From UHGV virus genome UHGV-0147509: a stretch of 39,944 bases of DNA; one strand, 5' to 3'. The DNA comes from a virus. The position numbers and the translations under genes were made by a program. Below, one piece after another: positions 26,823 to 37,879 of this stretch. Each line of letters opens with the position of its first letter. The first letter of the stretch is position 1. The notes beneath the pieces are model-generated. The model had not been told where the DNA came from and did not search any database. It saw nothing but the letters and a program-made list of their open reading frames with translations.

Positions 26823-27341
26823 ATGAATCATCAATTGGCTAATCTCGATTTCCGGGACATGGTGGTTGTTTCTGGTGATCGCGTGATCACAACCTCCCGC
26901 AAGGTAGCAGCTTACTTCGACAAGCAGCATCACCACATCATTCAGAAAATCGAAAAGCTAGACTGTTCGGATGAATTTCTAACCAGCAACTTTTCGCGGG
27001 TTACCTATGAACACAAGGGTAATCAGTATGTTGAATATGAAATTTCCAAAGACGGTGCGATGTACATCATCATGTCGTTTACCGGCAAAAAAGCTGCCGC
27101 CATCAAAGAGGCGTTTATCAAAGCATTTAATTGGATGCGTGACAGGCTGATGGAGATGGCTCACTCATACCAAAGAGAGCACAACGAGTTAATGCTGGAG
27201 TTCATGAAGGAAAAGGATGTTGCCAGTATGTCAGGACGCTTGCTGAACCGCTGGGGCAGGATCAAAAAACCGCAACTCATAGCAAGAATCAAAAGGCTTG
27301 AGCAGCAGGCGCAAATATCGATCCCCGGACTGCCAAAGTGA
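26823..27341 (+). CDS. Rha-family phage regulatory protein
   Basis: Start at internal ATG 26823 (track ORF 26580..27341 has a non-protein-like leader); VVSGDRVITTSRKVAAYFDKQHHHIIQKIEKL is a typical Rha-domain N-terminus. Confidence 0.65.
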   Translation: MNHQLANLDFRDMVVVSGDRVITTSRKVAAYFDKQHHHIIQKIEKLDCSDEFLTSNFSRVTYEHKGNQYVEYEISKDGAMYIIMSFTGKKAAAIKEAFIKAFNWMRDRLMEMAHSYQREHNELMLEFMKEKDVASMSGRLLNRWGRIKKPQLIARIKRLEQQAQISIPGLPK

Positions 27342-27635
27342 CCATTCCAAAGCCCATCTACGGGTGGGCTTGATAATGAAACCGGAATTTATTCTAGGTA
27401 ACCAGTTACGGCAGTACAGCGAAACAACCCAAGCCAGTAAGTGGGGAAATAACACTGGCAGCCACTGAAAGATGAACCTCCTGCCTTATGGCAAAAAAGA
27501 TTCTTTGTGGTGGCGGACTGATGGAAAGACATCGGTTATTGCAGAGACCATTCAATGAGTGGTCTCGACAATGGCTTATACCCTACACGGGATAACTTAA
27601 CTGATATCCCTTTTAACGGATAAACGGAGCCAACA

Positions 27636-27878
27636 ATGGCAGAGATTATTCCCATGACTGAAGAACAGAAATTCCAGTTAGAGATTTACAAGCTGGTCAT
27701 GAACCAGAACGCAGCCGCAGAGGAAGCATTTCAGTTCATTGGTACTGACGAACTGAAGCTTGAACTGTTCAAAATTCACTTCCAGTCAGGCGGCGCTAAT
27801 TCAGATATCACGATCCGCACATTCGAAGCGGTGCGTAAATCGAAGGAAGCGTTAGACCTGTTCACTACCGGAGCATGA
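27636..27878 (+). CDS. hypothetical protein upstream of terminase
   Basis: 80-aa ORF with ATG start. Confidence 0.5.
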   Translation: MAEIIPMTEEQKFQLEIYKLVMNQNAAAEEAFQFIGTDELKLELFKIHFQSGGANSDITIRTFEAVRKSKEALDLFTTGA

Positions 27879-27879
27879 T

Positions 27880-28071
27880 GTGAGCGGCGTAATCAATTTT
27901 GGTAAGGAGAAGAAATTCCCAATTACTCAAGAGCTATACGAGAGACTCGAAAGCGTCATCCATGATTATGGTGAAATCAGTGTATGTGAGGCGATTGGCA
28001 CACTCGAATTGCTGAAGCAGTCATTGATTGAAAGCATGAAGAGCCAACGACCTGAAATAACAACTAAGTGA
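27880..28071 (+). CDS. hypothetical protein upstream of terminase
   Basis: 63-aa ORF starting 2 nt after the previous stop. Confidence 0.5.
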   Translation: MSGVINFGKEKKFPITQELYERLESVIHDYGEISVCEAIGTLELLKQSLIESMKSQRPEITTK

Positions 28072-28078
28072 GATAAAT

Positions 28079-28501
28079 ATGGCGACTGAACCAAAAGCTG
28101 GTCGCCCCTCTGATTATATGCCGGAGGTGGCTGACGATATCTGCTCGTTGCTTTCTTCTGGCGAAAGTTTGCTGAAAGTATGTAAGCGTCCTGGTATGCC
28201 GGATAAGTCCACTGTTTTCCGCTGGCTGGCAAAGCATGAGGATTTTCGCGACAAGTACGCGAAGGCAACTGAGGCACGAGCTGATTCTATTTTCGAAGAG
28301 ATATTCGAAATTGCTGACACTGCGATTCCAGATGCTGCTGAGGTGGCAAAGGCAAGACTTCGCGTTGATACCCGCAAATGGGCGCTGGCCCGAATGAATC
28401 CCCGTAAGTATGGCGACAAGGTAACTAACGAGCTTGTCGGTAAGGACGGCGGCGCAATCCAGATTGAAACATCACCGATGAGCACTCTGTTCGGAAAATG
28501 A
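28079..28501 (+). CDS. terminase small subunit (Sf6 gp1-like)
   Basis: 140-aa protein MATEPKAGRPSDYMPEVADDICSLL matches recalled Sf6 small terminase; directly upstream of and overlapping the large terminase. Confidence 0.8.
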   Translation: MATEPKAGRPSDYMPEVADDICSLLSSGESLLKVCKRPGMPDKSTVFRWLAKHEDFRDKYAKATEARADSIFEEIFEIADTAIPDAAEVAKARLRVDTRKWALARMNPRKYGDKVTNELVGKDGGAIQIETSPMSTLFGK

Positions 28502-29913
28502 CCTCGATTAATCCTATCTTTGAACCGTTCATTGAGGCGCATCGCTACAAAGTCGCCAAAGGCGGTCGAGGTAGCGGTAAGTCATGGGCAATTGCGAGGC
28601 TGCTTGTTGAAGCGGCGCGTCGGCAGCCTGTGCGTATTCTCTGCGCTCGTGAACTGCAAAACAGTATCAGCGATTCGGTAATCCGGTTGCTTGAAGACAC
28701 CATCGAGCGGGAAGGGTATTCGGCTGAGTTTGAAATTCAGCGTTCAATGATTCGTCATCTCGGAACGAACGCTGAATTCATGTTCTACGGCATCAAAAAC
28801 AACCCGACGAAGATTAAATCGCTCGAAGGCATTGATATCTGCTGGGTGGAAGAAGCGGAAGCGGTAACGAAGGAATCATGGGATATCCTGATTCCAACCA
28901 TCCGCAAGCCATTTTCCGAAATATGGGTGAGCTTCAACCCGAAAAACATCCTCGACGATACCTATCAGCGATTCGTCGTAAATCCTCCCGATGACATTTG
29001 CCTGCTGACGGTGAACTACACCGACAACCCGCACTTTCCTGAAGTCCTCCGTCTGGAGATGGAAGAGTGTAAACGCAGAAATCCGACACTGTATCGTCAT
29101 ATCTGGCTTGGTGAGCCAGTAAGCGCAAGTGATATGGCAATCATCAAACGTGAATGGCTTGAAGCTGCAACTGATGCGCACAAGAAACTCGGATGGAAAG
29201 CGAAAGGCGCTGTTGTTTCTGCGCATGACCCGTCAGATACAGGGCCAGATGCTAAAGGTTACGCATCGCGCCACGGTTCGGTAGTTAAGCGCATTGCCGA
29301 AGGTCTGCTGATGGACATCAACGATGGTGCTGACTGGGCTACTTCGCTGGCGATTGAAGACGGCGCTGACCATTACCTGTGGGATGGTGATGGTGTTGGT
29401 GCCGGGCTACGCAGACAGACAACGGAAGCGTTCTCCGGCAAGAAAATCACCGCCACGATGTTCAAGGGCAGCGAATCGCCATTCGATGAAGATGCGCCGT
29501 ATCAGGCCGGAGCATGGGCTGATGAAGTCGTACAGGGCGACAACGTTCGCACTATTGGTGATGTATTCCGCAATAAGCGAGCGCAATTCTATTACGCGCT
29601 GGCTGACAGACTGTATCTGACATATCGGGCGGTTGTTCACGGTGAGTATGCAGACCCCGACGACATGCTGAGTTTCGACAAAGAAGCGATAGGCGAGAAG
29701 ATGCTGGAGAAGCTGTTTGCAGAACTGACGCAGATTCAGCGCAAATTCAATAACAACGGGAAGCTGGAGCTTATGACTAAGGTCGAAATGAAGCAGAAGC
29801 TCGGTATTCCATCTCCTAACCTGGCTGATGCGCTGATGATGTGTATGCATTGCCCGGAGTCGGCTGCGCAACCCGACTATTCCAGTTACTCAATTCCTTG
29901 TGGTGTAGGTTGA
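28498..29913 (+). CDS. terminase large subunit
   Basis: 471-aa protein with Walker A KGGRGSGKS near the N-terminus and a C-terminal nuclease region; Sf6 gp2-like. Confidence 0.9.
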   Translation: MTSINPIFEPFIEAHRYKVAKGGRGSGKSWAIARLLVEAARRQPVRILCARELQNSISDSVIRLLEDTIEREGYSAEFEIQRSMIRHLGTNAEFMFYGIKNNPTKIKSLEGIDICWVEEAEAVTKESWDILIPTIRKPFSEIWVSFNPKNILDDTYQRFVVNPPDDICLLTVNYTDNPHFPEVLRLEMEECKRRNPTLYRHIWLGEPVSASDMAIIKREWLEAATDAHKKLGWKAKGAVVSAHDPSDTGPDAKGYASRHGSVVKRIAEGLLMDINDGADWATSLAIEDGADHYLWDGDGVGAGLRRQTTEAFSGKKITATMFKGSESPFDEDAPYQAGAWADEVVQGDNVRTIGDVFRNKRAQFYYALADRLYLTYRAVVHGEYADPDDMLSFDKEAIGEKMLEKLFAELTQIQRKFNNNGKLELMTKVEMKQKLGIPSPNLADALMMCMHCPESAAQPDYSSYSIPCGVG

Positions 29914-29914
29914 T

Positions 29915-32113
29915 ATGGCAGAAAAAAAGATGACTGACTGGCATCGCAAGGTGCTGTGCAACTTTGATAATGCCTGGTCAGCAACGCAGGATATGCGTGA
30001 GCAGATTATTGAGGCTCAACGTTTCGTCCGGGTGTCCGGCGCACAGTGGGAAGGCAGCACAAACGCTGGTTACTCATTTGATGAAGGCAGGTTTGAGCAT
30101 TACCCGCGCTTTGAACTGAATAAGATTGCCCGTGAATGTGATCGCATCATTGGCGAGTATCGACAGAATCGCATCAGCGTTAAATTCAGGCCGAAGGACG
30201 ATAAGGCATCGGAAGCGTTAGCCGAAAAGATGAATGGTAAATTCCGCGCTGACTATCAGGAAACATCCGGTGGTGAAGCGTGTGATAACGCATTTGATGA
30301 TGCTGTAACGGGCGGATTCGGTTGTTTCCGCATGTGTGCCGATTACGAAGATGAAATGGATCCGAGTAACGAGCAGCGACGCATCAGCCTTCTTCCTGTT
30401 TACGACCCAGCGACATGCGTCTTCTTCGATCAGGACAGCAAGCAATATGACCGCTCTGATGCTATGTGGGCTATGGAAATGTTCTCCATGACGCCTAAAG
30501 CGTTCGAGGCTGAATACCCTGATTCCATCGCAGCAAGCCTTTCTCGTGATGACACTGGCACTCAATATGACTGGTCAACGCCAGATGCCATCTATGTTGG
30601 GCGCTACTACGAAGTTCGCATAGAGAAGGTGAAGCTCACGGCATGGCGCAACCCTGTTAGCGGAGAAACGGCAATCTATGATGAAGATCAAATCAAAGAT
30701 ATTGTCGATGAGCTAACCGATGGTGCATTCGAACTGATCGGTGAGCGGACGGTGAAGAAACGCAGAGTTTATTGCGGTCTTCTGTCTGGCGCTGAATGGC
30801 TGGAAGAACCTAAGCGTATTCCTGGCGAACATATTCCTCTCATCCCGGTATATGGGCGTCGTTCATTTGTTGATAATCAGGAGCGAATCGAAGGCCACGC
30901 AGCAAAAGCGATGGATGCACAGCGTCTTGAGAACCTGATGGTTTCCATGATTGCAGATAACGCTACTCAGGCTGGCGGTGATGGCATTCCTATCGTGGAT
31001 GTTGATTTCATTCCCGGTCCATTAATGAATCACTGGGCAGAGAGGAATAAGAAAAGACCTGCAGTTCTTCCCATGACCAGCAAGAAGGACAAAAACGGAA
31101 CGGTCATTTCAGAGGCTCAGGTTGCTGGCTGGACACCTCCGACACAAATGCCTCCTGCTCTTGCCGGGCTATTGCAGTACACCGGAACGGCTATTCAGCA
31201 AATTACAGGTGCGTCGCAGCTTGAGAACATGCCGAGCAACGTCGCTACCGATACCGTTGATAGCATCTTTAATCGGATGGACACGCAGTCCTATATCTAC
31301 ATGGACAACATGGCTAAATCCATGCGCCGTGCTGGCGTCGTGTGGCTTTCTATGGCTCGTGAAGTCTATGGCAGCGATACGCCAATGCGCATCGTTAATG
31401 AGGACGGCAGCGATGACGTGGCGCTGATGACTGGTGAAGTGGTTGACCGTCAGACAGGGCAGGTTATCGCGCTTAACGACCTTTCGCAGGGTAACTATGA
31501 AGTGACTGTCGATGTCGGTCAGTCGTTCGCTACTCGCCGTGATGCAACGGTTAAGTCGTTACTTTCCATGCTGGCACTTATCCCACCAGGAACGCCGAAG
31601 CACGACCTTGTATCGTCGATGATTCTCGACAATATGGATGGCGAAGGGATGGACGACCTGAAAGAATACAACCGCAATCAGTTGCTTCTGTCTGGCGTTA
31701 TCAAGCCGAGAACGCCTGAAGAACAGCAGATGGTTGAACAGGCGAAACAACAACAGGCCAGTCAGCCAGATCCGGCTATGGTTGCAGCGCAAGGTCAGCT
31801 TCTTGCTGGTCAGGCTGAATTGCAGAAAGCGCAGAACGAACAGGCAGCCATTCAGGTTAAAGCATTCCAGGCACAGACTGATGCTCAGGTTGCAGCGGCA
31901 AATGTTGTGAAAATACTCGCATCTGCCGATAGCCAGCAGAAATCTGATATCCGCGAGGCTCTGAAACTGCTCGGACAGTTCCAGCAACAGCAAGGAGACA
32001 ATGCCCGTGCTGATGCAGAGCTTGTCCTGAAAAGTCAGGCACAGGGCCATGCGCAGCGCATGGACATCAGCAGCATCCTGCAAAAATCAACCCGGCAACA
32101 ACCACAGCAGTAA
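29915..32113 (+). CDS. portal protein (P22 gp1-like)
   Basis: 732-aa ORF directly after terminase; size, position and Gln-rich C-terminal barrel-like tail consistent with P22-like portal. Confidence 0.9.
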   Translation: MAEKKMTDWHRKVLCNFDNAWSATQDMREQIIEAQRFVRVSGAQWEGSTNAGYSFDEGRFEHYPRFELNKIARECDRIIGEYRQNRISVKFRPKDDKASEALAEKMNGKFRADYQETSGGEACDNAFDDAVTGGFGCFRMCADYEDEMDPSNEQRRISLLPVYDPATCVFFDQDSKQYDRSDAMWAMEMFSMTPKAFEAEYPDSIAASLSRDDTGTQYDWSTPDAIYVGRYYEVRIEKVKLTAWRNPVSGETAIYDEDQIKDIVDELTDGAFELIGERTVKKRRVYCGLLSGAEWLEEPKRIPGEHIPLIPVYGRRSFVDNQERIEGHAAKAMDAQRLENLMVSMIADNATQAGGDGIPIVDVDFIPGPLMNHWAERNKKRPAVLPMTSKKDKNGTVISEAQVAGWTPPTQMPPALAGLLQYTGTAIQQITGASQLENMPSNVATDTVDSIFNRMDTQSYIYMDNMAKSMRRAGVVWLSMAREVYGSDTPMRIVNEDGSDDVALMTGEVVDRQTGQVIALNDLSQGNYEVTVDVGQSFATRRDATVKSLLSMLALIPPGTPKHDLVSSMILDNMDGEGMDDLKEYNRNQLLLSGVIKPRTPEEQQMVEQAKQQQASQPDPAMVAAQGQLLAGQAELQKAQNEQAAIQVKAFQAQTDAQVAAANVVKILASADSQQKSDIREALKLLGQFQQQQGDNARADAELVLKSQAQGHAQRMDISSILQKSTRQQPQQ

Positions 32114-32203
32114 TTAACCCATAACGTGCAATGGCTGTCTTTATGAGGCCTGGCACCCTATTGCCTTCCGATGGGCTGAACATCGAGTAAACAGGGGTAA
32201 CAA

Positions 32204-33097
32204 ATGGACCAGATGGCAGAAAACACACCAGAAGTTGAAATCGAAACCGACGCGTCAGAGCAGATTCCTGATGATGTCGAACTGGCTGAAGAAGTCGAAA
32301 CAGAAGATGGCAGTGAGTCCTCCGGCAATGATGCAGAGGAAGCTACTGAAACTGATGACGACGAATCAGAACAGGAATTCTACTTTGGTGAAGAAAAGCT
32401 GGATTCGCCAACCAGCGAAGATGGCGCAGAGCATGGACTGGTAAAACACCTGCGCAAGACGATTAAAGAGAAAGACCGCGAGCTGAAAGAGCTGATGCGT
32501 CAGTCTCAGAAATCCGTCGAGCAGCAGCCGGTAATCACTCAACCACCGCGAATGCCAAAACTGGACGATGAGGACATCGGTTTCGATGAAGAAATCTACC
32601 AGCAACGCATGGCTAAGTGGGCAGAGGATAACGGCAAGTACCAGCAACAGGAGATGGCTCGCAAGCAGAAGGAGCAGGAGCTTCATGCTGCTTATCAAGA
32701 GCGATTATCCAAATATCAGCAACGTGTTAAGGCTCTCAAGGTTCCTGGCTATCAGGAAGCAGAACAGGCCGTACTCGAGGAAATCCCCATCGAGACACAA
32801 AACGCGATCCTGTTTGAGTCAGAGAAGCCGGAAATCGTTGTTCTGGCGCTTGGTCGCAACGCTGAACTGCGCAAGCAACTGGCAGAAGCTACCAACCCCG
32901 TAGCAATTGGTCGTCTGCTGGAACGTATCGAATCTAAGGCCAGAATCATGCCAAAAGCAAAAACCACGGCAGCCACAACCCCGACAGTTAAGGGGAGCAA
33001 CGGCGCAGTAATCAACAACCTCGACAAATTGAAAGCCAAGGCGCTGGAAACTGGTGACTGGACGCCGTATTTCGCCGCTAAAAAGGCAAAAAAATAA
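32204..33097 (+). CDS. scaffolding protein (P22 gp8-like)
   Basis: 297-aa highly charged, acidic N-terminus, coiled-coil-rich protein between portal and coat. Confidence 0.8.
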   Translation: MDQMAENTPEVEIETDASEQIPDDVELAEEVETEDGSESSGNDAEEATETDDDESEQEFYFGEEKLDSPTSEDGAEHGLVKHLRKTIKEKDRELKELMRQSQKSVEQQPVITQPPRMPKLDDEDIGFDEEIYQQRMAKWAEDNGKYQQQEMARKQKEQELHAAYQERLSKYQQRVKALKVPGYQEAEQAVLEEIPIETQNAILFESEKPEIVVLALGRNAELRKQLAEATNPVAIGRLLERIESKARIMPKAKTTAATTPTVKGSNGAVINNLDKLKAKALETGDWTPYFAAKKAKK

Positions 33098-33115
33098 CCT
33101 ATCGGAGCATTAAGC

Positions 33116-34369
33116 ATGGCTAACCAATTAGCAAAAGACCTTGAAATCATGTTCGAAAACTACGTTGAAGGCTTTGAGGCCGCCTGCGTAGTTTCCCGTA
33201 ACGCTAAAAAATTCCGTCCCGGTGATACAGCAATGCAGCGAGCAGGTGATGTTCTGTATCGTCCGCAGCATTACCACATGAACATTGAGGAAGGCCTAGA
33301 TCTCAGCGGCAAAACGCCAACAGCACTGGTTCAGCGCCTTGTTCCTTCTGTGTTCAAGGAGCCGAAAAACATTCTGTACACTCTGGATGCGCGTGAAATG
33401 CGTGACCCGGAACATAAAACTGAAGCTGGTCGCGCCGCAGGTATGCGCCTTGCTGCACAGATTGACTCTGACCTGATTTCCATGGTCACGCAGCGTGCTA
33501 CTAACGTGATCACAATGGCTGACTCAACCACTGGTTCACAGGGCCGTGATTTGTGGAACTGTGCGGCAGGTATTGATGCCACCATGACGGCGATTGGTGT
33601 ACCACAGGGTATCAACCGTCGCTCTTTCTGGAACCCCTTCAACTACAAAGACCTTGCTGGCGAGCTTGGTCACCGTGCCTACGCTCAGGGCGCAACCCTG
33701 ACAGCATACGAAAAAGCGCAGATCCCTCCGGTTGCTTCCTTTGATAGCTACAAGACCGATATTTCTGGTCGATTACCGAAAGGAAGCGCTGAATCCTTGA
33801 CAGTATCAGGCCAACCTGAACACAAGGTTGAAGCGAAAGATTCAAATGGTATGCCAGTTGATAACCGACAGGGGACTATTACGGTATCTGCATCTGGCTT
33901 GCAGGTTGGTGATGCGTTCACCATTGCCGGTGTGAATTCCGTACACCAGATCACAAAAGATACCACCGGGCAACCGCAGGTATTCCGTGTTCTGGCTGTT
34001 AGCGGAACTACCGTAACAATCTCTCCAAAGATTCTCCCTGTTGAAAATACCGATGTTGCGAGTCGTCCATATGCAAACGTCGATGCCAAACCGGCAGAAT
34101 CAGCAGCAATCACCATTCTCAACAAGAACGCAGCACCTGCTAACCTGTTCTGGGCTGATGGTTCTGTTGAGCTGATGTACGGCAAACTAGCGTTCCCGAC
34201 TGGTCAGGGTCCACAGGTAATGACAGCAACCACCGAGCAGGGCGCTACGCTGATCATGTCTTACGCCTTCGACCACATCAAAGGCGTAACCACTGCTCGT
34301 TTCACCACTCTGTACGGTTGCTCTGTACTTGTTCCTGAATATACGGGCATCGTTATAGCTGGGCAGTAA
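33116..34369 (+). CDS. major coat protein (P22 gp5-like)
   Basis: 417-aa ORF following scaffold, followed by a strong terminator; size and synteny. Confidence 0.85.
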   Translation: MANQLAKDLEIMFENYVEGFEAACVVSRNAKKFRPGDTAMQRAGDVLYRPQHYHMNIEEGLDLSGKTPTALVQRLVPSVFKEPKNILYTLDAREMRDPEHKTEAGRAAGMRLAAQIDSDLISMVTQRATNVITMADSTTGSQGRDLWNCAAGIDATMTAIGVPQGINRRSFWNPFNYKDLAGELGHRAYAQGATLTAYEKAQIPPVASFDSYKTDISGRLPKGSAESLTVSGQPEHKVEAKDSNGMPVDNRQGTITVSASGLQVGDAFTIAGVNSVHQITKDTTGQPQVFRVLAVSGTTVTISPKILPVENTDVASRPYANVDAKPAESAAITILNKNAAPANLFWADGSVELMYGKLAFPTGQGPQVMTATTEQGATLIMSYAFDHIKGVTTARFTTLYGCSVLVPEYTGIVIAGQ

Positions 34370-34374
34370 TTTTG

Positions 34375-34399
34375 GTGGGGCTTCGGCCCCATTTTTATT
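34375..34399 (+). terminator. rho-independent terminator after the coat gene
   Basis: GGGGC-TTCG-GCCCC hairpin at 34377-34390 followed by ATTTTTATT. Confidence 0.8.
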
Positions 34400-34410
34400 G
34401 GGAGAAGACA

Positions 34411-34599
34411 ATGGCACGAACAATGCTCTATAAGCCGGGCAACATGATCACCTGTGGTCAGTTTGCTGTCGATTACATCATTGTTGATGACGAAGAAGTT
34501 AAATCTCACCTGAAAAAAGGCTGGGTAAAAACTCCTGAAGAAACCGCAACGAAGCATAAAGTGGCTAAGGCGGAAGAAGATGGCGAAAACGAAGGGTGA
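34411..34599 (+). CDS. hypothetical small protein
   Basis: ATG at 34411 downstream of the coat terminator (track start 34372 overlaps the terminator hairpin). Confidence 0.4.
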   Translation: MARTMLYKPGNMITCGQFAVDYIIVDDEEVKSHLKKGWVKTPEETATKHKVAKAEEDGENEG

Positions 34600-35041
34600 T
34601 CTCGTTCTTAAGGCTTTACGAAAAGCCGGGCTGTATTCCAATGCCACGTTGACAGATGCTGACCCTCAGGCAATTGAAGATGCCATTAATGACCTCGAAG
34701 ACATGATGGCAGCATGGCAGGCTAAAGGTATCGAGCTTGGGTATCAGTTTGCTGATACAGAAAACGGCATCATGCCGTTACCTGACGATGATTCAGGTAT
34801 CCCTGCATGGGCAAATGATGGCGTAGCTTTGAAACTCGCTGTGCAAGTGTGCATGGATAACGTCATTCAGCCGTCAGACGCTCTCCTTACCGCTGCTGAC
34901 AGTGCATATCAGACAATCTGTATCGCTTTAACCAAAATACCACCACTTGAGCGGCGAAATGACATGCCTCGCGGTAGTGGTAACAAAAGCGCGTTTACGT
35001 GGAATCGGTTTTACATCGAGAAAGATGATCCGAGTACGTGA
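34580..35041 (+). CDS. head completion / tail accessory protein (P22 gp4-like)
   Basis: 153-aa ORF in the gp4 position of the P22-like order 4-10-26-14-7-20-16. Confidence 0.7.
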   Translation: MAKTKGDLVLKALRKAGLYSNATLTDADPQAIEDAINDLEDMMAAWQAKGIELGYQFADTENGIMPLPDDDSGIPAWANDGVALKLAVQVCMDNVIQPSDALLTAADSAYQTICIALTKIPPLERRNDMPRGSGNKSAFTWNRFYIEKDDPST

Positions 35042-35050
35042 GGTGAATAA

Positions 35051-36469
35051 ATGCCGATTCAGCAACTTCCGCTTATGAAAGGTGTCGGCAAAGATTTCAG
35101 AAACGCCGACTATATCGACTATCTGCCAGCGAATATGTTGGCTACACCCAAAGAAATACTCAACAGCAGCGGATATCTTCGCTCATTCCCGGGCATTGCC
35201 AAACGTTCTGACGTGAACGGCGTATCGCGAGGCGTCGAGTACAACATGGCGCAGAATGCTGTATATCGCGTGTGTGGCGGCAAGCTGTACAAAGGAGAAA
35301 GCGAAGTCGGTGACGTCGCCGGAAGTGGTCGCGTATCAATGGCGCATGGTCGAACATCTCAGGCGGTAGGCGTTAATGGTCAACTGGTCGAGTATCGTTA
35401 TGATGGCACGGTTAAAACCGTCTCAAACTGGCCTACAGACAGCGGATTCACGCAGTATGAGTTAGGCTCAGTCCGCGACATTACGCGCTTACGTGGGCGT
35501 TATGCGTGGTCAAAAGACGGTACTGATTCATGGTTTATCACTGACCTTGAAGACGAATCTCATCCTGACCGTTACAGCGCACAATATCGCGCAGAATCGC
35601 AGCCTGACGGCATCATCGGCATCGGAACATGGCGAGACTTCATCGTCTGCTTTGGTTCATCGACGATTGAATATTTTTCCCTGACTGGTGCAACCACCGT
35701 TGGTGCCGCTTTGTATGTCGCACAGCCATCACTGATGGTGCAGAAAGGCATTGCCGGGACTTACTGCAAAACGCCATTCGCTGATTCTTATGCGTTCATC
35801 AGCAATCCGGCAACAGGTGCGCCGTCTGTGTATATCATCGGCTCCGGGCAGGTGTCACCAATCGCCAGCGCGAGCATTGAGAAAATACTACGCTCCTACA
35901 CTGCTGATGAACTGGCTGATGGCGTGATGGAATCGCTGCGGTTTGATGCGCATGAGTTGCTGATTATCCATCTTCCGCGTCACGTCCTCGTGTATGACGC
36001 ATCTTCAAGCGCCAATGGTCCGCAATGGTGTGTGCTGAAAACAGGCCTGTATGACGATGTGTACCGCGCTATCGACTTCATTTACGAAGGCAATCAGATA
36101 ACGTGCGGCGATAAGCTGGAATCGGTGACCGGGAAATTGCAATTCGATATCAGCAGCCAGTACGACAAGCAACAGGAACATCTGCTGTTTACTCCGTTGT
36201 TCAAAGCGGATAACGCCAGAGTTTTCGACCTTGAGGTTGAATCGTCAACTGGCGTTGCGCAGTACGCTGACCGCCTGTTCCTCTCTGCAACCACTGACGG
36301 CATCAATTACGGGCGTGAGCAGATGATTGAGCAGAATGAACCGTTCGTTTACGACAAGCGCGTTTTGTGGAAGCGAGTCGGGCGCATCAGGAAAAATGTT
36401 GGCTTCAAATTGCGCGTTATCACGAAGTCACCTGTAACTCTGTCTGGCTGCCAGATAAGGATTGAGTAA
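35051..36469 (+). CDS. tail hub protein (P22 gp10-like)
   Basis: 472-aa ORF, same length as P22 gp10, in the syntenic position. Confidence 0.75.
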   Translation: MPIQQLPLMKGVGKDFRNADYIDYLPANMLATPKEILNSSGYLRSFPGIAKRSDVNGVSRGVEYNMAQNAVYRVCGGKLYKGESEVGDVAGSGRVSMAHGRTSQAVGVNGQLVEYRYDGTVKTVSNWPTDSGFTQYELGSVRDITRLRGRYAWSKDGTDSWFITDLEDESHPDRYSAQYRAESQPDGIIGIGTWRDFIVCFGSSTIEYFSLTGATTVGAALYVAQPSLMVQKGIAGTYCKTPFADSYAFISNPATGAPSVYIIGSGQVSPIASASIEKILRSYTADELADGVMESLRFDAHELLIIHLPRHVLVYDASSSANGPQWCVLKTGLYDDVYRAIDFIYEGNQITCGDKLESVTGKLQFDISSQYDKQQEHLLFTPLFKADNARVFDLEVESSTGVAQYADRLFLSATTDGINYGREQMIEQNEPFVYDKRVLWKRVGRIRKNVGFKLRVITKSPVTLSGCQIRIE

Positions 36470-37422
36470 TGGCTGATTCGAATCTCAATGAGCCAGTAAT
36501 CATCCAGGCTACGCGGCTCGATACATCAGTCCTTCCACGCAATATCTTCTCTCAGTCGTATCTGCTTTACGTTATTGCACAGGGTACTGATGTTGGTAAT
36601 GTGGCTAACAAGGCCAACGAAGCAGGGAAGGGGGCTTATGATGCACAGGTGAAGAATGATGAGCAGGATGTCACCCTTGCAGACCATGAATCCAGAATTG
36701 AAACTGCTGAAGCAACTCTCATCAATCATGAACATAGAATCTCAGCAGCGGAAAGCACTCTTGCAGATCATGAAACAAGGATTACGGCTGCCGAAACAGA
36801 GCTGGCTGATCACGAGACGCGAATTGCTGCCAATGAATCTGAGTTAGCAAACCATGATGCGCGAATAACTCAGAATACAACCGATATCAACGCACTTGAT
36901 ACCAGGCTCACAGCGGCAGAGGGAAGTATTTCGACGCTACAAAGCACAGTTGGTGATCACTCAACAAGAATATCTGCGCTTGAGTATGCCACCACGCGCA
37001 AGAAATCAGAGGTTGTTTACTCAGGAGTATCGGTAACCATTCCAACAGCGCCGACCAACCTTGTTAGCCTGCTGAAAACGCTCACGCCGTCATCCGGGAC
37101 GTTGGCACCATTCTTCGATACTGATAACAACAAGATGGTTGTTTTCAACGAGAACAAAACCCTGTTCTTCAAGCTGTCGATTGTCGGGACGTGGCCCAGC
37201 GGAACCGCCAACAGGTCAATGCAGCTAACATTCTCCGGTTCTGTTCCTGATACGCTGGTCAGCAGTCGTAATGCGGCGACAACAACCGACAACATCCTGT
37301 TAGCTACGTTCTTCAGCGTGGATAAAGACGGATTTCTTGCCACAAATGGCAGTACGTTAACCATCCAGTCAAATGGTGCGGCGTTTACTGCCACAACCAT
37401 CAAAATCATTGCGGAGCAGTGA
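36469..37422 (+). CDS. tail needle protein (P22 gp26-like) with extended C-terminal domain
   Basis: N-terminus [53 protein letters not shown] closely matches recalled P22 gp26; heptad repeats (ADHETRI...); 317 aa versus about 233 in P22. Confidence 0.85.
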   Translation: MADSNLNEPVIIQATRLDTSVLPRNIFSQSYLLYVIAQGTDVGNVANKANEAGKGAYDAQVKNDEQDVTLADHESRIETAEATLINHEHRISAAESTLADHETRITAAETELADHETRIAANESELANHDARITQNTTDINALDTRLTAAEGSISTLQSTVGDHSTRISALEYATTRKKSEVVYSGVSVTIPTAPTNLVSLLKTLTPSSGTLAPFFDTDNNKMVVFNENKTLFFKLSIVGTWPSGTANRSMQLTFSGSVPDTLVSSRNAATTTDNILLATFFSVDKDGFLATNGSTLTIQSNGAAFTATTIKIIAEQ

Positions 37423-37877
37423 TGATTCAGTTCAAACCAACGCGAAACATCGACCTGATCGAAGCAGTCGGAAATCACCCTGACATTATTGCCGGGAGCA
37501 ACAACGGTGATGGATACGACTACAAACATGATTGCCGTTACTTTGAGGTGAACGTGCACGGGCAGTTCGGCGGCATTGTTTACTATCAGGAGATTCAGCC
37601 GCTGACATTCGATTGCCACGCCATGTACCTGCCAGAGGTTCGTGGATTCAGCAAGGAAATCGGGCTGGCGTTCTGGCGATACATTTTGACCAACACCACC
37701 GTTCAGTGCGTCACATCATTTGCTGCACGCAAATTCCGCCACGGTCAGATGTACTGCGCAATGATTGGCCTTAAGCGTGTAGGAACCATCAAGAAATACT
37801 TCAAAGGCGTGGATGACGTGACTTTTTACAGCGCAACACGCGAAGAACTAATCGACTTCCTGAATCACGGGAGATAG
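37419..37877 (+). CDS. virion assembly protein (P22 gp14-like)
   Basis: 152-aa ORF in the gp14 position; overlapping start/stop with neighbours. Confidence 0.6.
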   Translation: MMIQFKPTRNIDLIEAVGNHPDIIAGSNNGDGYDYKHDCRYFEVNVHGQFGGIVYYQEIQPLTFDCHAMYLPEVRGFSKEIGLAFWRYILTNTTVQCVTSFAARKFRHGQMYCAMIGLKRVGTIKKYFKGVDDVTFYSATREELIDFLNHGR

Positions 37878-37879
37878 CC

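Noticed and set aside
29407-34185. Minus-strand ORFs inside terminase, portal and coat genes (e.g. 29407..29871, 31559..32083, 33748..34185)
   Set aside because: Fully antisense to conserved structural genes in a uniformly plus-strand late operon; typical chance open frames.
37017-37619. Minus-strand 200-aa ORF spanning the gp26/gp14 junction
   Set aside because: Antisense to two syntenic, well-supported virion genes; no independent support.
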